From the NCBI GenBank assembly GCA_043805735.1, contig JAZDHS010000034.1, forward strand, positions 1 to 49,126: a stretch of 49,126 bases of DNA, in the 5' to 3' direction. The stretch is from Candidatus Omnitrophota bacterium (lineage in GTDB: Bacteria; Omnitrophota; Gorgyraeia; JAFGHF01). How positions within the stretch are numbered: the first letter of the stretch is position 1; each line of letters opens with the position of its first letter. Shown here piece by piece: positions 1-9,912 of the stretch. Under the pieces are notes generated by a model. The model was not told the DNA's origin. It saw nothing but the letters and a program-made list of their open reading frames with translations, and ran no database searches. A program made the position numbers and the translations under genes.

Positions 1-422
1 GCCGCATATTCGCTGCGTTCATTGCGGTCTCTGGGGATTCCCGACTCACCCATGGTCAAGCCGATGATGCTGGCGTGATATTGTTTGGCTAGTGGGACGT
101 AGGTATTGAGTTTATCGAGCTTAGCGGTCGTTGAATTAATAATTGCCTTTTTACGAGCCAGGCGCAAACCAGCTTCAATGACCGCGGGCTTAGTACTATC
201 CAAGGCTAAGGTTACGCTGGTGACTTCCTGAATCGTTTCTACCAGCCATTTCATTGCTTCGACGGCATCGGCGACCGCCGGACCAACATTAACATCTAAG
301 GCATCAGCTCCGGCCGCCACTTGCCTCTTGGCCAAATCCTGAATTACTGTTTTATCTTTAGCGGCAATCGCCCGGCCGACATCTTTAAACATACCGTTGA
401 TACGTTCACCGATAACTAACAT
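1..422 (-). CDS. acsE: Methyl-THF:corrinoid Fe-S protein methyltransferase (partial, runs off the left edge)
   Basis: Read manually: ATG at 422 gives MLVIGERINGMFKDVGRAIAAKDK...GADALDVNVGP...LALDSTKP...IINSTT, a pterin-binding AcsE N-terminus; directly follows acsD. Confidence 0.93.
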   Translation of the reverse strand, partial: MLVIGERINGMFKDVGRAIAAKDKTVIQDLAKRQVAAGADALDVNVGPAVADAVEAMKWLVETIQEVTSVTLALDSTKPAVIEAGLRLARKKAIINSTTAKLDKLNTYVPLAKQYHASIIGLTMGESGIPRDRNERSEYA

Positions 423-425
423 GGC

Positions 426-1394
426 TTAACCTTTCTTCATTAAATTATCTATTGTTTTTTTCACAATCTCGATCGCTTTGGGGTGACGCATCGTTAAAAT
501 ATCTGCGCCACAAAGAAGCATGGAAATCGCGGTGGTTGCTTCCCAAAGCGGCCCGCGTTCTTTCTCCGAACCCCATTCGGGATGCTCGACCTGCGTACCC
601 TTGGCCTCTTTGGCCCGCCAGGCTTCCTGGCCGACAAAACAAATAAACGGCATCGCCAGCATTTTGTCACCCATCAGCGCCGCTAAACGGGCCCGCTCCA
701 TAATCGAATAGGCATACTCCATGCCATAGCCGAGCGCGCCGATAGTCGGGTTGATCGCGATTTTATTACTGTCAAAACCCATATCCGTAATTAAGATATT
801 TACCTGTTTGGCAATATTGATATCAATCGGCGATTCGGCAATGATGCTGTGGCCGTCGGCAAGGCAGGAGGCGGTCAGCGTTTTGTAATTATCTTCGCTG
901 GCATCGCCGAACAAACAGTTTTCGCCTTTGGCCGCCTGCGCGCATTCAGGCAAAACCAGATTATCTTTTTCGGTATGATCCGAGCCCAGAATAATTAACG
1001 GAACCCCTACGGCCTTTAGTATCGCTTTAACCAGCCCGGCGGCCTGATCCGCGGAAGTATCGCCAAAATCGGGATGGATACTGCGCAAACGTAAACATAA
1101 AAGTTCAGCCTGGTATTCATTAACGCATTTTCTGGCCCATTCTACTGGGTTATTGAGCACGTCTTGAAACGGTTCCTTCAAGGCCACGGGCCAATCAGTG
1201 GGCTCAGAGTCGATAATTTCCATGGCGATAACGGGCCGATAAGGCATTTCACCTTCACCAAAAAGATACGGCAAGGTGCTTTCACCGCCTACTACTATCT
1301 TTGACGCGCGCGTGCCGCCTTCTTCTTTAGTGGCGCCGATCGCAAGCGTATTAATTTTGTGCGACCACTTTTCTTTCACTTGTTCAAGCGGCAT
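426..1394 (-). CDS. acsD: Corrinoid Fe-S protein small subunit (CdhD/AcsD)
   Basis: VVGGESTLP, ESPIDINIAKQ, ALGYGMEY, MRHP motifs; start MPLEQ at 1394 preferred over 1409. Confidence 0.95.
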   Translation of the reverse strand: MPLEQVKEKWSHKINTLAIGATKEEGGTRASKIVVGGESTLPYLFGEGEMPYRPVIAMEIIDSEPTDWPVALKEPFQDVLNNPVEWARKCVNEYQAELLCLRLRSIHPDFGDTSADQAAGLVKAILKAVGVPLIILGSDHTEKDNLVLPECAQAAKGENCLFGDASEDNYKTLTASCLADGHSIIAESPIDINIAKQVNILITDMGFDSNKIAINPTIGALGYGMEYAYSIMERARLAALMGDKMLAMPFICFVGQEAWRAKEAKGTQVEHPEWGSEKERGPLWEATTAISMLLCGADILTMRHPKAIEIVKKTIDNLMKKG

Positions 1395-2145
1395 ATGCTT
1401 CCCCCTCATAGATTTTTCTGACTGCCTGCGCTGCCTTTGACTTCTCCGAAAGAGCGCTGAGATCGGCGTTCTTTACGCTTATCGCCATTACCTGTTCATC
1501 GTGAGGGATGACTCCAGCTAAGGGAATAGCTATTTTTTCAATTTCTTTCTTCAGTGCCCCGGCATTCTCCGGAGCGCGGTTAATGACTAAGCGTTTTTGC
1601 TTTACCTGAATGTCTAACTCCTTCACGAGCTCTAAAATACGCTGCGCCGAACGAAGCCCTACTATGCTATAGTCGCTGACCACGAATAGGGTATCAATTT
1701 TTCTGGTCGTACGCCGCGAAAGGTGTTCCATCCCGGCCTCATTATCAATCACCAGATAGTCGTAGCCTTTACTCAATTTATCGATCAGTGTACGCAAGAG
1801 GTTATTGACAAAACAATAGCATCCCGGACCTTCCGGGCGCCCCATTACCAACAGGTCAAACCCCTTACCTTCCACCACCGCCTCTTGCAGGCGGTATTGC
1901 AAATAGCGGTCTTTGGTTGTCCCTGAAGGAATCGTGGAAGGGTTTTTAGATATCTCATCAACTATACCGACAATGCTTTCTTCTGACCTAACCCCCAGCG
2001 CCTGATCCAGGTTTGCATTGGGGTCAGCATCAACCGCTAATACCGATTTATCTTGGTGAGCCTTTAAAAGCTGTTGGATAAAAAGCGCGGTAAAAGTGGT
2101 TTTACCGGTTCCGCCTTTACCGCAGACTGCAACGGTGTAGCTCAT
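1384..2145 (-). CDS. acsF: CooC/AcsF-type Ni-insertion ATPase
   Basis: GKGGTGKT Walker A, DADPNANL, GPGCYC metal motif, DNEAGMEH; located in the acs cluster. Confidence 0.9.
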   Translation of the reverse strand: MSYTVAVCGKGGTGKTTFTALFIQQLLKAHQDKSVLAVDADPNANLDQALGVRSEESIVGIVDEISKNPSTIPSGTTKDRYLQYRLQEAVVEGKGFDLLVMGRPEGPGCYCFVNNLLRTLIDKLSKGYDYLVIDNEAGMEHLSRRTTRKIDTLFVVSDYSIVGLRSAQRILELVKELDIQVKQKRLVINRAPENAGALKKEIEKIAIPLAGVIPHDEQVMAISVKNADLSALSEKSKAAQAVRKIYEGEAYAA

Positions 2146-4103
2146 TGTTTGGCCACTCCCACTGAAGGAAAACGGCTTAAGTCGGTATGCGGGAAAAAGA
2201 GCGCCGCAACATATTCATCCATATACGCGGATTCTACGCTAAGCTCAATATACGTCATCTTTTTGGCGATTTCTTCGGCTTCTTTTTTTGCCTCATAAGA
2301 AAGCAGGATTTCCCGCGCCCCGACCAATGAACTGTTGCCGATAAAGACAATCTTGTTGCGTTTTAAATCGGGAAGTAACCCGATAGCAATCGCCTTGTCG
2401 ATATCCAAATAGGTGCCGAATCCTCCGGCGATGTAAAATTGGCCGATATCCTCAAAACTTAAATTAAGTTTCTTTAAAAGTATAGCGCAGGCAGCATAAA
2501 TCGCCCCTTTAGAACGCTTGAGGTTATCGATATCGGCCTCAGTAATCACGATATCGTAATCAACGTCGGCGTCTTCTTTACGCACCAGCACAAAGGCCTT
2601 GCCTTGTTCCGTATCGATAATCCGCGTAGAACGAATCGGCGTAGAGAACTTTCCATTACGTTCAATGATGCCGGTTTTTAGTAGCTCGGCCAGGCAATCG
2701 ATATAGCCTGAACCGCAAATACCCCGCGGCTTGGTTTCGCCTATCGTAATTACATTTACCGTTCCCGAATCAGCTATCGCTACACGTTGAATCGCTCCAG
2801 AGGTTGCGCGCATGCCGCAGGTAACGCCGCTTCCTTCAAAGGCCGGACCCGCCGAAGCCGCGCAGGATACCATCCACTCTTTATTACCTAATACAATTTC
2901 ACCGTTTGTGCCCACATCGATAAGCATCGTCAGCTTCTTCGCCCGGTTAAGCCCGCTGGCGAGCACTCCGGCGGTAATATCCCCGCCGACATAAGTGCTT
3001 ACCCCCGGCACGCAGGAAAGCAGTCCCCGCAGATTTACTTTTATCCCGGTCTCGGCGGCCCGGATGACCGGGACAAAATTGGCCGTGGACACATACGGTT
3101 CGCTGCGAATAAATTTCGGGTCGACCCGAAGCAGTAAATGCACCATCGTGGTATTGCCGGCGCAGATAATGCCATTAACATCGTTCAAATTAATTTCGTG
3201 TTCCTTGGTTAATTCTTTAATAATTGAATTGATATTATCGATTACGGCGTGATGCAACTTTTCTAATCCGTCTTCTTCGCTGGCATAAATTATGCGAGTA
3301 ATCACGTCACTGCCGAAAGTGGCCTGCTTATTATGAGTAACCTTAGCCCCCAGCACTTCTTTGGTATTAAGGTTAACCAGCTGTCCGGATACGGTAGTGG
3401 TACCGATATCCAAGGCGATACCGTAATTTCTCTCTGACGTATCTCCCGGTTCAACCGACACAATTTCTACAGTGCCGTTTCTTTTGCCTAAAAGTACAGT
3501 TACCCGCCAATCGCTCTCGCGCAGGAGCCTCCCCAGGCGCTTGATGTTGGTCAAACCGGTTTGCATGATCGGGATATCCCGATTTTTTTTGATTTCCCGG
3601 TAGAGCCTTTCCAGGTCGCTGATGGTATCGCTTAAGTTCGGCGGGGGCAGCTCCAGATAGAGTTTTGTCGCCAGCGGGCTATGCGCAAACAAATCTTCTT
3701 TAATCACCGCCTGGCCCGTGGCAACGTCCACGGCCTGGCTGTACATACCCTTCAAGCGCAAAAGCTGCAGGTCTTCATCGGACACGGTTTCTAAATCCAG
3801 GCGTGACTCCGGCGGAACCTCTACCTCCGCATCGCTATGTACGGTAGTTTGGCAAGCCAGGACATATCCTTTTTGTCGCTCAGCGAGGGAGATCCTGCCT
3901 GAAGGCTCAGTCTTCAGATCGCCCCTTTTAATAATCACCTTGCAGCGTCCGCACACGCCATCGCCACCACAACTGGAGTAGATGTGTATCCCCGACTCTA
4001 CCGCTGCCGACAAAAGGTCTCGGCCTTTATTGACCTCGATGATAGTAGTTTGAGGATGATAAAAAGTAACAGTACAGGTTTGTTTCTCCATCAGACCTTT
4101 CAT
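2142..4103 (-). CDS. acsV: Corrinoid reductive activator (RACo/AcsV; [2Fe-2S] plus ASKHA ATPase)
   Basis: CGGDGVCGRC...LACQ [2Fe-2S]; DIGTTT, DVGTNGE, AGPAFEG, GICGSG ASKHA motifs. Confidence 0.93.
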   Translation of the reverse strand: MKGLMEKQTCTVTFYHPQTTIIEVNKGRDLLSAAVESGIHIYSSCGGDGVCGRCKVIIKRGDLKTEPSGRISLAERQKGYVLACQTTVHSDAEVEVPPESRLDLETVSDEDLQLLRLKGMYSQAVDVATGQAVIKEDLFAHSPLATKLYLELPPPNLSDTISDLERLYREIKKNRDIPIMQTGLTNIKRLGRLLRESDWRVTVLLGKRNGTVEIVSVEPGDTSERNYGIALDIGTTTVSGQLVNLNTKEVLGAKVTHNKQATFGSDVITRIIYASEEDGLEKLHHAVIDNINSIIKELTKEHEINLNDVNGIICAGNTTMVHLLLRVDPKFIRSEPYVSTANFVPVIRAAETGIKVNLRGLLSCVPGVSTYVGGDITAGVLASGLNRAKKLTMLIDVGTNGEIVLGNKEWMVSCAASAGPAFEGSGVTCGMRATSGAIQRVAIADSGTVNVITIGETKPRGICGSGYIDCLAELLKTGIIERNGKFSTPIRSTRIIDTEQGKAFVLVRKEDADVDYDIVITEADIDNLKRSKGAIYAACAILLKKLNLSFEDIGQFYIAGGFGTYLDIDKAIAIGLLPDLKRNKIVFIGNSSLVGAREILLSYEAKKEAEEIAKKMTYIELSVESAYMDEYVAALFFPHTDLSRFPSVGVAKQ

Positions 4104-4136
4104 TAATATGGAATTATGAAAGTCTACCCTTCAGGG

Positions 4137-4355
4137 TTAGGCCTTTTCTTTTTTCTGCACCCGTAGCCAATACAAAAATGCCCCCGGTGCCTGCAATAAA
4201 ACAATGATGATACCCCATAATACTTTGTCAGTGGTACTTTTAAAGTCACGACGCGCCCAGTCAGCTAGCTTGCTGATCCAAAACAAAAACAAAATAATAG
4301 CGAGTCCTATTATCAGGACGGAAGATATCCCGGTAGCCACAATGCCTTCAGTCAC
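4137..4355 (-). CDS. Small 2-TM membrane protein (PLDc_N-like)
   Basis: 72 aa with two hydrophobic helices and a D..RRDF...KVLW...PG..LYW pattern; GAGGAGG RBS before GTG. Confidence 0.7.
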   Translation of the reverse strand: MTEGIVATGISSVLIIGLAIILFLFWISKLADWARRDFKSTTDKVLWGIIIVLLQAPGAFLYWLRVQKKEKA

Positions 4356-4374
4356 CTTAAGCCTCCTCGCTGAA

Positions 4375-4414
4375 TTAGTTAGCTGGTTTACTGGTTAGCT
4401 AGTTAGCTGGTTAG
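4375..4414. repeat. Degenerate 8-bp tandem repeat (TTAGCTGG-like, about 4.5 units)
   Basis: ttag-ttagctgg-tttactgg-ttagctag-ttagctgg-ttag, overlapping the acsC stop. Confidence 0.8.
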
Positions 4415-5748
4415 TGTTTCAGAGTTTTCAGAAATGATGGTATCCCTGAGGCCTCTTTGGGCCCAACAAGCACCTTCCAACCCGAATCTTCTTCCAATTT
4501 TCCGCTCAAAACTGCTACGTAGCCCGGTATAACCACTGCCTGGTGCGAAACTTTATCTTTAATGCCGCATTCCTGCAAGGTTTTGGCGATAGTTTCGGCG
4601 GTAAACTTCTCCGCGGCCCAGGCAGTCAGTACACTCATGCCATCGGCCAAGACCGCAATTATATAAGCGGGCACCCGGCTTGCCTCTACTTCCGATTCAA
4701 CTGTATAATAGGTTAGAGAGAAATTAGTGGTAACTAATACTGGCGAGTCCTTACTTACCGCGCCGATTTCATAGACCTTAGCTTCTACCTGCAGCGGTTT
4801 TTGCGGGTCAGTGTAAATATTCTGCCGCACGGTCAAAAGCGGTAAAAGCTGCCAGGGCTCCAGGCCTTTCATCAGCACAATACCAGCGTATTTGGCAATA
4901 TAAACAGCGGCCTGGGCTACCTCATCGTAGGCATTCGTAGCTGTAGTCATTGCCAGCGTAGAATAACCTAAGGGCCGGAAACTTTTTTTGAGCGCCAGTC
5001 GCCGGATCTGGGTAAGATCGTTTAGTTTTTGGGTTATCGTTTTTTCTCCCGAATCAAGCACCAGGTCTTCTACCCCCAAGGCCTGAATTTTTTGCGTTAA
5101 CTCGGCCAGCTCATCAAGGGCTTGAGCCTTAACCGCCAGGGGCAATGAATATTCCTTAGCCAGCTGCGCCATAGCTTGATAATTATCTTTTGTCGCCGCG
5201 TAAAGCAAGGGACGCCTCTCTTTAGCTACGGCCACCGCTTCTTTCAAGATCTGGACATCTTCGCAGATCAGCGCAAGATTCATCTGGCTCAAGGCAACTG
5301 CTTTTTTTACCGCCTGCGTATAGACATCGGCCTTCCCGCTTGCGCATTTAAGCGCAATGATGTTTACTTCAATCCTTTGGCCCACGCGTTCAAATTTGAG
5401 CTTATTGACGGCAGCGATTTTTTTATCCAACTCCGCCGGAGCAAGTGTGTCTTCAAACAAAATACCGATCCCGGTCGGGTGATAAAATGTTTCCTCGTGG
5501 CGAAACATCACGGTCTCGTTACCAACAGCCAGCTTGTTTTCTCCGCTGCCGATCGTGACTAAACGTATCGGCGGACGCGAGGCGCTTTCTAGAGATTGTT
5601 TGGCCTGCTCGGATACATACGGGCATTTGCTTAATTCAACCTTTTTTGCGGCAATCTGCATCGCAAAGGCCAGGCAAGTAGGAAAACCACATTCCTTGCA
5701 GTTAGTTTTTGGTAACAACTTGTAGATGTCTAATCCGGATAATCCCAT
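4411..5748 (-). CDS. acsC: Corrinoid Fe-S protein large subunit (CdhE/AcsC)
   Basis: LPKTNCKECGFPTCLAFA [4Fe-4S], NIYTDPQKP, TTNFSLTY, SVLTAWAA. Confidence 0.96.
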   Translation of the reverse strand: MGLSGLDIYKLLPKTNCKECGFPTCLAFAMQIAAKKVELSKCPYVSEQAKQSLESASRPPIRLVTIGSGENKLAVGNETVMFRHEETFYHPTGIGILFEDTLAPAELDKKIAAVNKLKFERVGQRIEVNIIALKCASGKADVYTQAVKKAVALSQMNLALICEDVQILKEAVAVAKERRPLLYAATKDNYQAMAQLAKEYSLPLAVKAQALDELAELTQKIQALGVEDLVLDSGEKTITQKLNDLTQIRRLALKKSFRPLGYSTLAMTTATNAYDEVAQAAVYIAKYAGIVLMKGLEPWQLLPLLTVRQNIYTDPQKPLQVEAKVYEIGAVSKDSPVLVTTNFSLTYYTVESEVEASRVPAYIIAVLADGMSVLTAWAAEKFTAETIAKTLQECGIKDKVSHQAVVIPGYVAVLSGKLEEDSGWKVLVGPKEASGIPSFLKTLKH

Positions 5749-5779
5749 TGCGTATGTCCTTTTTTGGTGTAAGCTATAG

Positions 5780-7957
5780 TTACATCAACGGCTCCATTAA
5801 TAAAACAGGATGGCTCACTTTCTCCAGATGGACTAAAAGTTCTTCCGAAGCCGTAGCTACCGTTTCATCGCCAATCTTATCTAGAAGATCCGGGATTCCT
5901 TCTTCTTTACAACGCTCTTTTAATTTATCGCCCAGGACCTCTTTAAGTTCCTTGGGCATCCAAACCACGCGTTTTAACCCGCCGTCGGCGGAGAGAAATT
6001 TTTTACTCACCAGATAGAGCCTGCCTACACCCATGAAGCCGGGCGTCTGCGCGCCTCCGCCGACACTACCGGCCAGAGTAGAAAACGACATACCGCAGGG
6101 AGTCATACCGCTATACTCACGGTTGACCACCATAAAACCGTTGGCCTCCGGTAAAATCGCGATAATACATTCAAAACAGCCACAGGATGTTTCCGGAAAG
6201 GTCATAATCGAATATCCGTGAAACCGCTCCAGCGTTTTATTGGACTTGGTATTGACGAATTCATTTATTCCCCGCCATTCGCCGCGCACGGTGTCCAGGC
6301 ATTCGCCCTTTTTAATCGGCTGGTTTGGCCCAACCGGATTTAACTCAAATGAGGCCTTGGCATCTAAGAAGCTATAGGCGCCGCATAAACCGAGGCGCTC
6401 CGGTTTGACAATACACAAATGATTGGGCGCAAATGACTGGCAAAGGGTGCAGGAATAAAATTCGTCAACGCTCTCATCAGTCATCCCGGCCATTCGTTCA
6501 TCGCGTTCTTCATACGCTTTCTTGGCCTGGACAATATGCTTCTCTACCTCATCCTGTTTGGTAAAAATGCTCACCTGTACTTTATCAACAATGGCGCCGA
6601 AGGTGTCATGTAGCCGGGCATGAATAATTGTACCAAAGTGCTTGAGCTTAAATCCTTTCTTCTGCGCATCTTTACTGATCCGCACCCAGCACATATCGCG
6701 CTGGCCCATATGAAAAACACCCATGGCCTCGTTTAAGAAAGAGTGGACCTGGCGCTCAATAATCGGCTCAAAATCCTTCTGCATTTTCCTTCCGGCGGCC
6801 TCAACATAGATGCCTAAAGGAAGCGCGCCACCTTCCTGGGCGTCATCGATTTCCGGACCAATCACCTGAATTTTTCCGTCTTCAACCTGATCTAACTTTT
6901 TCATCTGCACATATTCAAAAGCGGTAGAATATTTTCCCCCGAATTGGATATACATCTGCTCTTTGCGTACCCGCTCTCCCTCAAAGGCCGCGGAATAGGC
7001 CACGGGGATAGGGATTTGCGATACCTTCACCTTCACTCCTCTTACCTCAATGCACACCGGCACGATCTTTTTGTAATCGCGTTCGCTTACTAGATGCTCG
7101 TAGGTACAGATCCCGCTGGGGCGGATTTCGGGGATATCGGTATCGGCAATGATCGGAAAACCCATATTAATCGCTCCGGCGCCGGTGGCGTATTTCATAT
7201 CGTCAACCTCGCCTAAGGTCAAACCAAAGGCAAAGACGCGGTCTTTGCAATACTTTAAACATTTAAGCGCCTCGCCTTTTTTATGGCCGCCAAAGGTTAA
7301 CGCCCCGCGGATCGCCCAATGTAAAGGGTAGATCGCCGAAATAGTGTCTCTTCCGTAAGGAACAATGTAAGAGTCCCAGCCCATTTCCACTTTTTCTTCT
7401 TTGAGCTGGTCAATAATACTTCTGCCGTTGGTAGATGAGCCGACAAAGGTTAAAATACTGCGTTTTTGGAACTCGCGCACGATCTCTACGGCGGTCTTGT
7501 TATCCGGAGCTGCCCCTAAAATGGCGGCAAAACCAGGCATTCTGCCGTCAACGAGCTGGATGCCTAAGGTGCGCAGAATTGTATCGGAAAAGAACCCGTT
7601 ACAATCCGGCTGCGGCTCTTGAGCGTATAAATAACGCAGCACCACAATTAACTCTTCGGCCAACAAAGTGGCGATTCCCGCATCCAGGGTATTTCCTAAG
7701 TAAGGAAGCCACAACTTCTCCGACGGTTCATCGTGCAAGAGCGATTTTACCTGCTCTAATATCGGAAGCATTTCAGCTAATGTTTTTACCTCAGCGCCTA
7801 AAAGGGCATAGGCCATCGGAAGGTAAAAAGCGGTTTCCGGAAAAGCAACAGCGGTATTTTTACCTTTTTCCTGAATAGCTTTAGTAAGGAAGTTTTCGGC
7901 TTCTTGCGCGATTTTGCGCGCGCCGCGCATTGCGGCCTGGGCAACTAATTTGGACAT
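5780..7957 (-). CDS. acsB: Acetyl-CoA synthase
   Basis: A-cluster motifs CTLCQSFAPNHLC...GLCGA and TSCGCFEC; bacterial N-terminal FPETAFYLP domain. Confidence 0.97.
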   Translation of the reverse strand: MSKLVAQAAMRGARKIAQEAENFLTKAIQEKGKNTAVAFPETAFYLPMAYALLGAEVKTLAEMLPILEQVKSLLHDEPSEKLWLPYLGNTLDAGIATLLAEELIVVLRYLYAQEPQPDCNGFFSDTILRTLGIQLVDGRMPGFAAILGAAPDNKTAVEIVREFQKRSILTFVGSSTNGRSIIDQLKEEKVEMGWDSYIVPYGRDTISAIYPLHWAIRGALTFGGHKKGEALKCLKYCKDRVFAFGLTLGEVDDMKYATGAGAINMGFPIIADTDIPEIRPSGICTYEHLVSERDYKKIVPVCIEVRGVKVKVSQIPIPVAYSAAFEGERVRKEQMYIQFGGKYSTAFEYVQMKKLDQVEDGKIQVIGPEIDDAQEGGALPLGIYVEAAGRKMQKDFEPIIERQVHSFLNEAMGVFHMGQRDMCWVRISKDAQKKGFKLKHFGTIIHARLHDTFGAIVDKVQVSIFTKQDEVEKHIVQAKKAYEERDERMAGMTDESVDEFYSCTLCQSFAPNHLCIVKPERLGLCGAYSFLDAKASFELNPVGPNQPIKKGECLDTVRGEWRGINEFVNTKSNKTLERFHGYSIMTFPETSCGCFECIIAILPEANGFMVVNREYSGMTPCGMSFSTLAGSVGGGAQTPGFMGVGRLYLVSKKFLSADGGLKRVVWMPKELKEVLGDKLKERCKEEGIPDLLDKIGDETVATASEELLVHLEKVSHPVLLMEPLM

Positions 7958-7978
7958 AGTTTACTCCTTAATGAGCAC

Positions 7979-8020
7979 TGGACTTATGTAGCAAACTAAA
8001 GCAGAGCGTACATAAGTCCA
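7979..8020. repeat. Perfect 12-bp inverted repeat upstream of acsB
   Basis: tggacttatgta-N18-tacataagtcca; no U-tract. Confidence 0.8.
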
Positions 8021-8057
8021 TCTTCTTTAGTTATTCTTCTTCAGCTTGTGTGAATTA

Positions 8058-8118
8058 ATCCCGAAGCATGCGCATCCCCTCTCTCTTAACACAAGGGGGA
8101 AGCGGTTATGCGAGGGAT
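8058..8118. repeat. Nested imperfect palindrome spanning the FNOR stop
   Basis: Arms atccc/gggat, gcat/atgc and tcccc/gggga. Confidence 0.55.
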
Positions 8119-9402
8119 ATAACTTATCATTGTATCCTGAAATTCTTCCTGGCTAAACTTTTCGCGAAACCGGGCGATCAAAGGCATGATCTTGGCATAA
8201 TCAAAGTTGTCCTCTAAAAGCAGCGTTTTAATCGAAGAGATATCGACTTTATACCTGATTAAAGCGCTGACTACTCCGGCGGCTTTAACATCATCAAGAA
8301 AGACCATCCCGACAATCCTGTTTTCTTTAAGCAAGATCTTTTTATAAAGCGTGCCTCTGGTCTTAGAAAGTATTTCGTAGCCCTCTTCTTTTTGGGCCTT
8401 GGTAATACCCATAGAAATACAGCTCAGGCCAAAGAAATCAACCGAGTTCATCGCCAAAGAGCCGTCATAGGCCCTGTTTTTACCAAGCATATTGAGCGCC
8501 GCCACTTCTCCCTGTTCTACCGCGCAGGGCCAGAGCGCATTGATCCGGTAAGAGCCGCGGGTAATATCGTAGGTCTGGGCAACATCGCCGGCGGCAAAGA
8601 TATGTTCATCGGAAGTCTGCAAAAATTCATTTACGACTATGCCTTCTTCGGTCTTGATTTGCGAAGACTCCGCCAGCGACATATTCGGGTTTACGCCTTT
8701 TCCCACAATCACCATCTGACAATCAAAGGTTTGGCCGTTATCAAGAGCCACCGCCTCAACGGAATCAGCGCCTGTTATTGCGCTGGCTTCCACGCCAGTT
8801 AATATTTCTATGCCATGAGCCATTAGCTGCTGGGCAATTATGCCGGCGGAATCGGCATCAATCATCTGCGAAAGCACATGCGGACTCTTTACCACCACCG
8901 CCACTTTTTTTTGCTTAAGGGCCAGGGCATAGGCATCGCGCAGCCCGATAAGTCCGCCTCCTAAAACCACGGCCGTTTTTATTTTGTCCAGCATCGCGAT
9001 GATACCGCGGGCATCACCGATATTGCGGACCGTAAAAACACTTTTTTTGTCGCTGCCAGGCAGGTCCATAGTTTTAGCCAAGGCGCCGGTAGCCAAAAGC
9101 AGTCTGTCGTATGAGAGCGTAGTTTTGCCTTCTAAATTTACAGTTTTCTTCTTTCTATCAATAGTCAGGGCTTTTTTGCCTAAATAGGTTTTAATCGCAT
9201 TGGCCTGGTAAAAATCTTTGTTTTTAAAATGAAGCTTCTCTTCGCTGATCACCCCGGCAATCAGGTAGGTTAAAAGGCAGCGCGAATAGAGCGGCAAAGA
9301 TTCATCGCTTACCAGCGTAATTGAAGCCTTTTTATCGTGTTTTCTTAATGTTTCGGCCGCCGAAACGCCCGCGGCGCTTCCGCCGATAATCAGGTAATTC
9401 AT
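8086..9402 (-). CDS. FAD/NAD(P)-dependent oxidoreductase (FNOR, CooF-associated)
   Basis: GGSAAG FAD fold, LLLATG, GGGLIG NAD site, IFAAGD; overlaps cooF. Confidence 0.9.
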   Translation of the reverse strand: MNYLIIGGSAAGVSAAETLRKHDKKASITLVSDESLPLYSRCLLTYLIAGVISEEKLHFKNKDFYQANAIKTYLGKKALTIDRKKKTVNLEGKTTLSYDRLLLATGALAKTMDLPGSDKKSVFTVRNIGDARGIIAMLDKIKTAVVLGGGLIGLRDAYALALKQKKVAVVVKSPHVLSQMIDADSAGIIAQQLMAHGIEILTGVEASAITGADSVEAVALDNGQTFDCQMVIVGKGVNPNMSLAESSQIKTEEGIVVNEFLQTSDEHIFAAGDVAQTYDITRGSYRINALWPCAVEQGEVAALNMLGKNRAYDGSLAMNSVDFFGLSCISMGITKAQKEEGYEILSKTRGTLYKKILLKENRIVGMVFLDDVKAAGVVSALIRYKVDISSIKTLLLEDNFDYAKIMPLIARFREKFSQEEFQDTMISYIPRITASPLC

Positions 9403-9911
9403 TTTTTAACCTTTTTTTCTTTCAGCTTTTTCTCGAATTCTTCCTTGGTTCCGGAAAAAAGCGCCCCCGTCGGGCAGGCGGCCACGCAGGCATAGTCATC
9501 GCGATCCGGACAAAGGTCGCATTTAACCGCGATGTGGTTTTCAATATCCCGGACGATCGCCCCGAAAGGACAGACCATCACGCACATCCAACAACCAACG
9601 CACTTATCTTTATCCTGAATAGTTGCTCCTGAGGCCGGATCTTTCTGCATCGCCCCGCTCATGCAAGCGCTTACGCAAGGCGCTTCTTGGCAATGTTGGC
9701 AATGTATCGAGAGCGCCCGCTCGCCAACCGCGGAAACCGCCACCCGTTTTTTCGGGCGGGTAGTCTCTGATAGCGCACGCTCCAGGTCTTTACTTTGAGA
9801 ATGCTCAACAGCGCAGGCCAGTTCGCAGGTTTTACAGGCCACGCATTTACTTAGATCGCAAAATATTTTTATCTGCGGGTCTTTTTTTTGAGATAATTTC
9901 TTAACCGCCAT
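9399..9911 (-). CDS. cooF: 4x[4Fe-4S] CODH electron-transfer subunit
   Basis: CVACKTCELAC, CQHCQEAPCVSAC, CVGCWMCVMVCP, CDLC...CVAACP. Confidence 0.9.
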   Translation of the reverse strand: MAVKKLSQKKDPQIKIFCDLSKCVACKTCELACAVEHSQSKDLERALSETTRPKKRVAVSAVGERALSIHCQHCQEAPCVSACMSGAMQKDPASGATIQDKDKCVGCWMCVMVCPFGAIVRDIENHIAVKCDLCPDRDDYACVAACPTGALFSGTKEEFEKKLKEKKVKK

Positions 9912-9912
9912 T

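Noticed and set aside
4375-4414. CRISPR array
   Set aside because: 8-bp contiguous units without spacers, and no cas genes
8048-8065. Rex-like box GTGTGAATTAATCCCGAA upstream of acsB
   Set aside because: Only 10/14 match with a poor right half, it overlaps a palindromic element, and no clear promoter is adjacent
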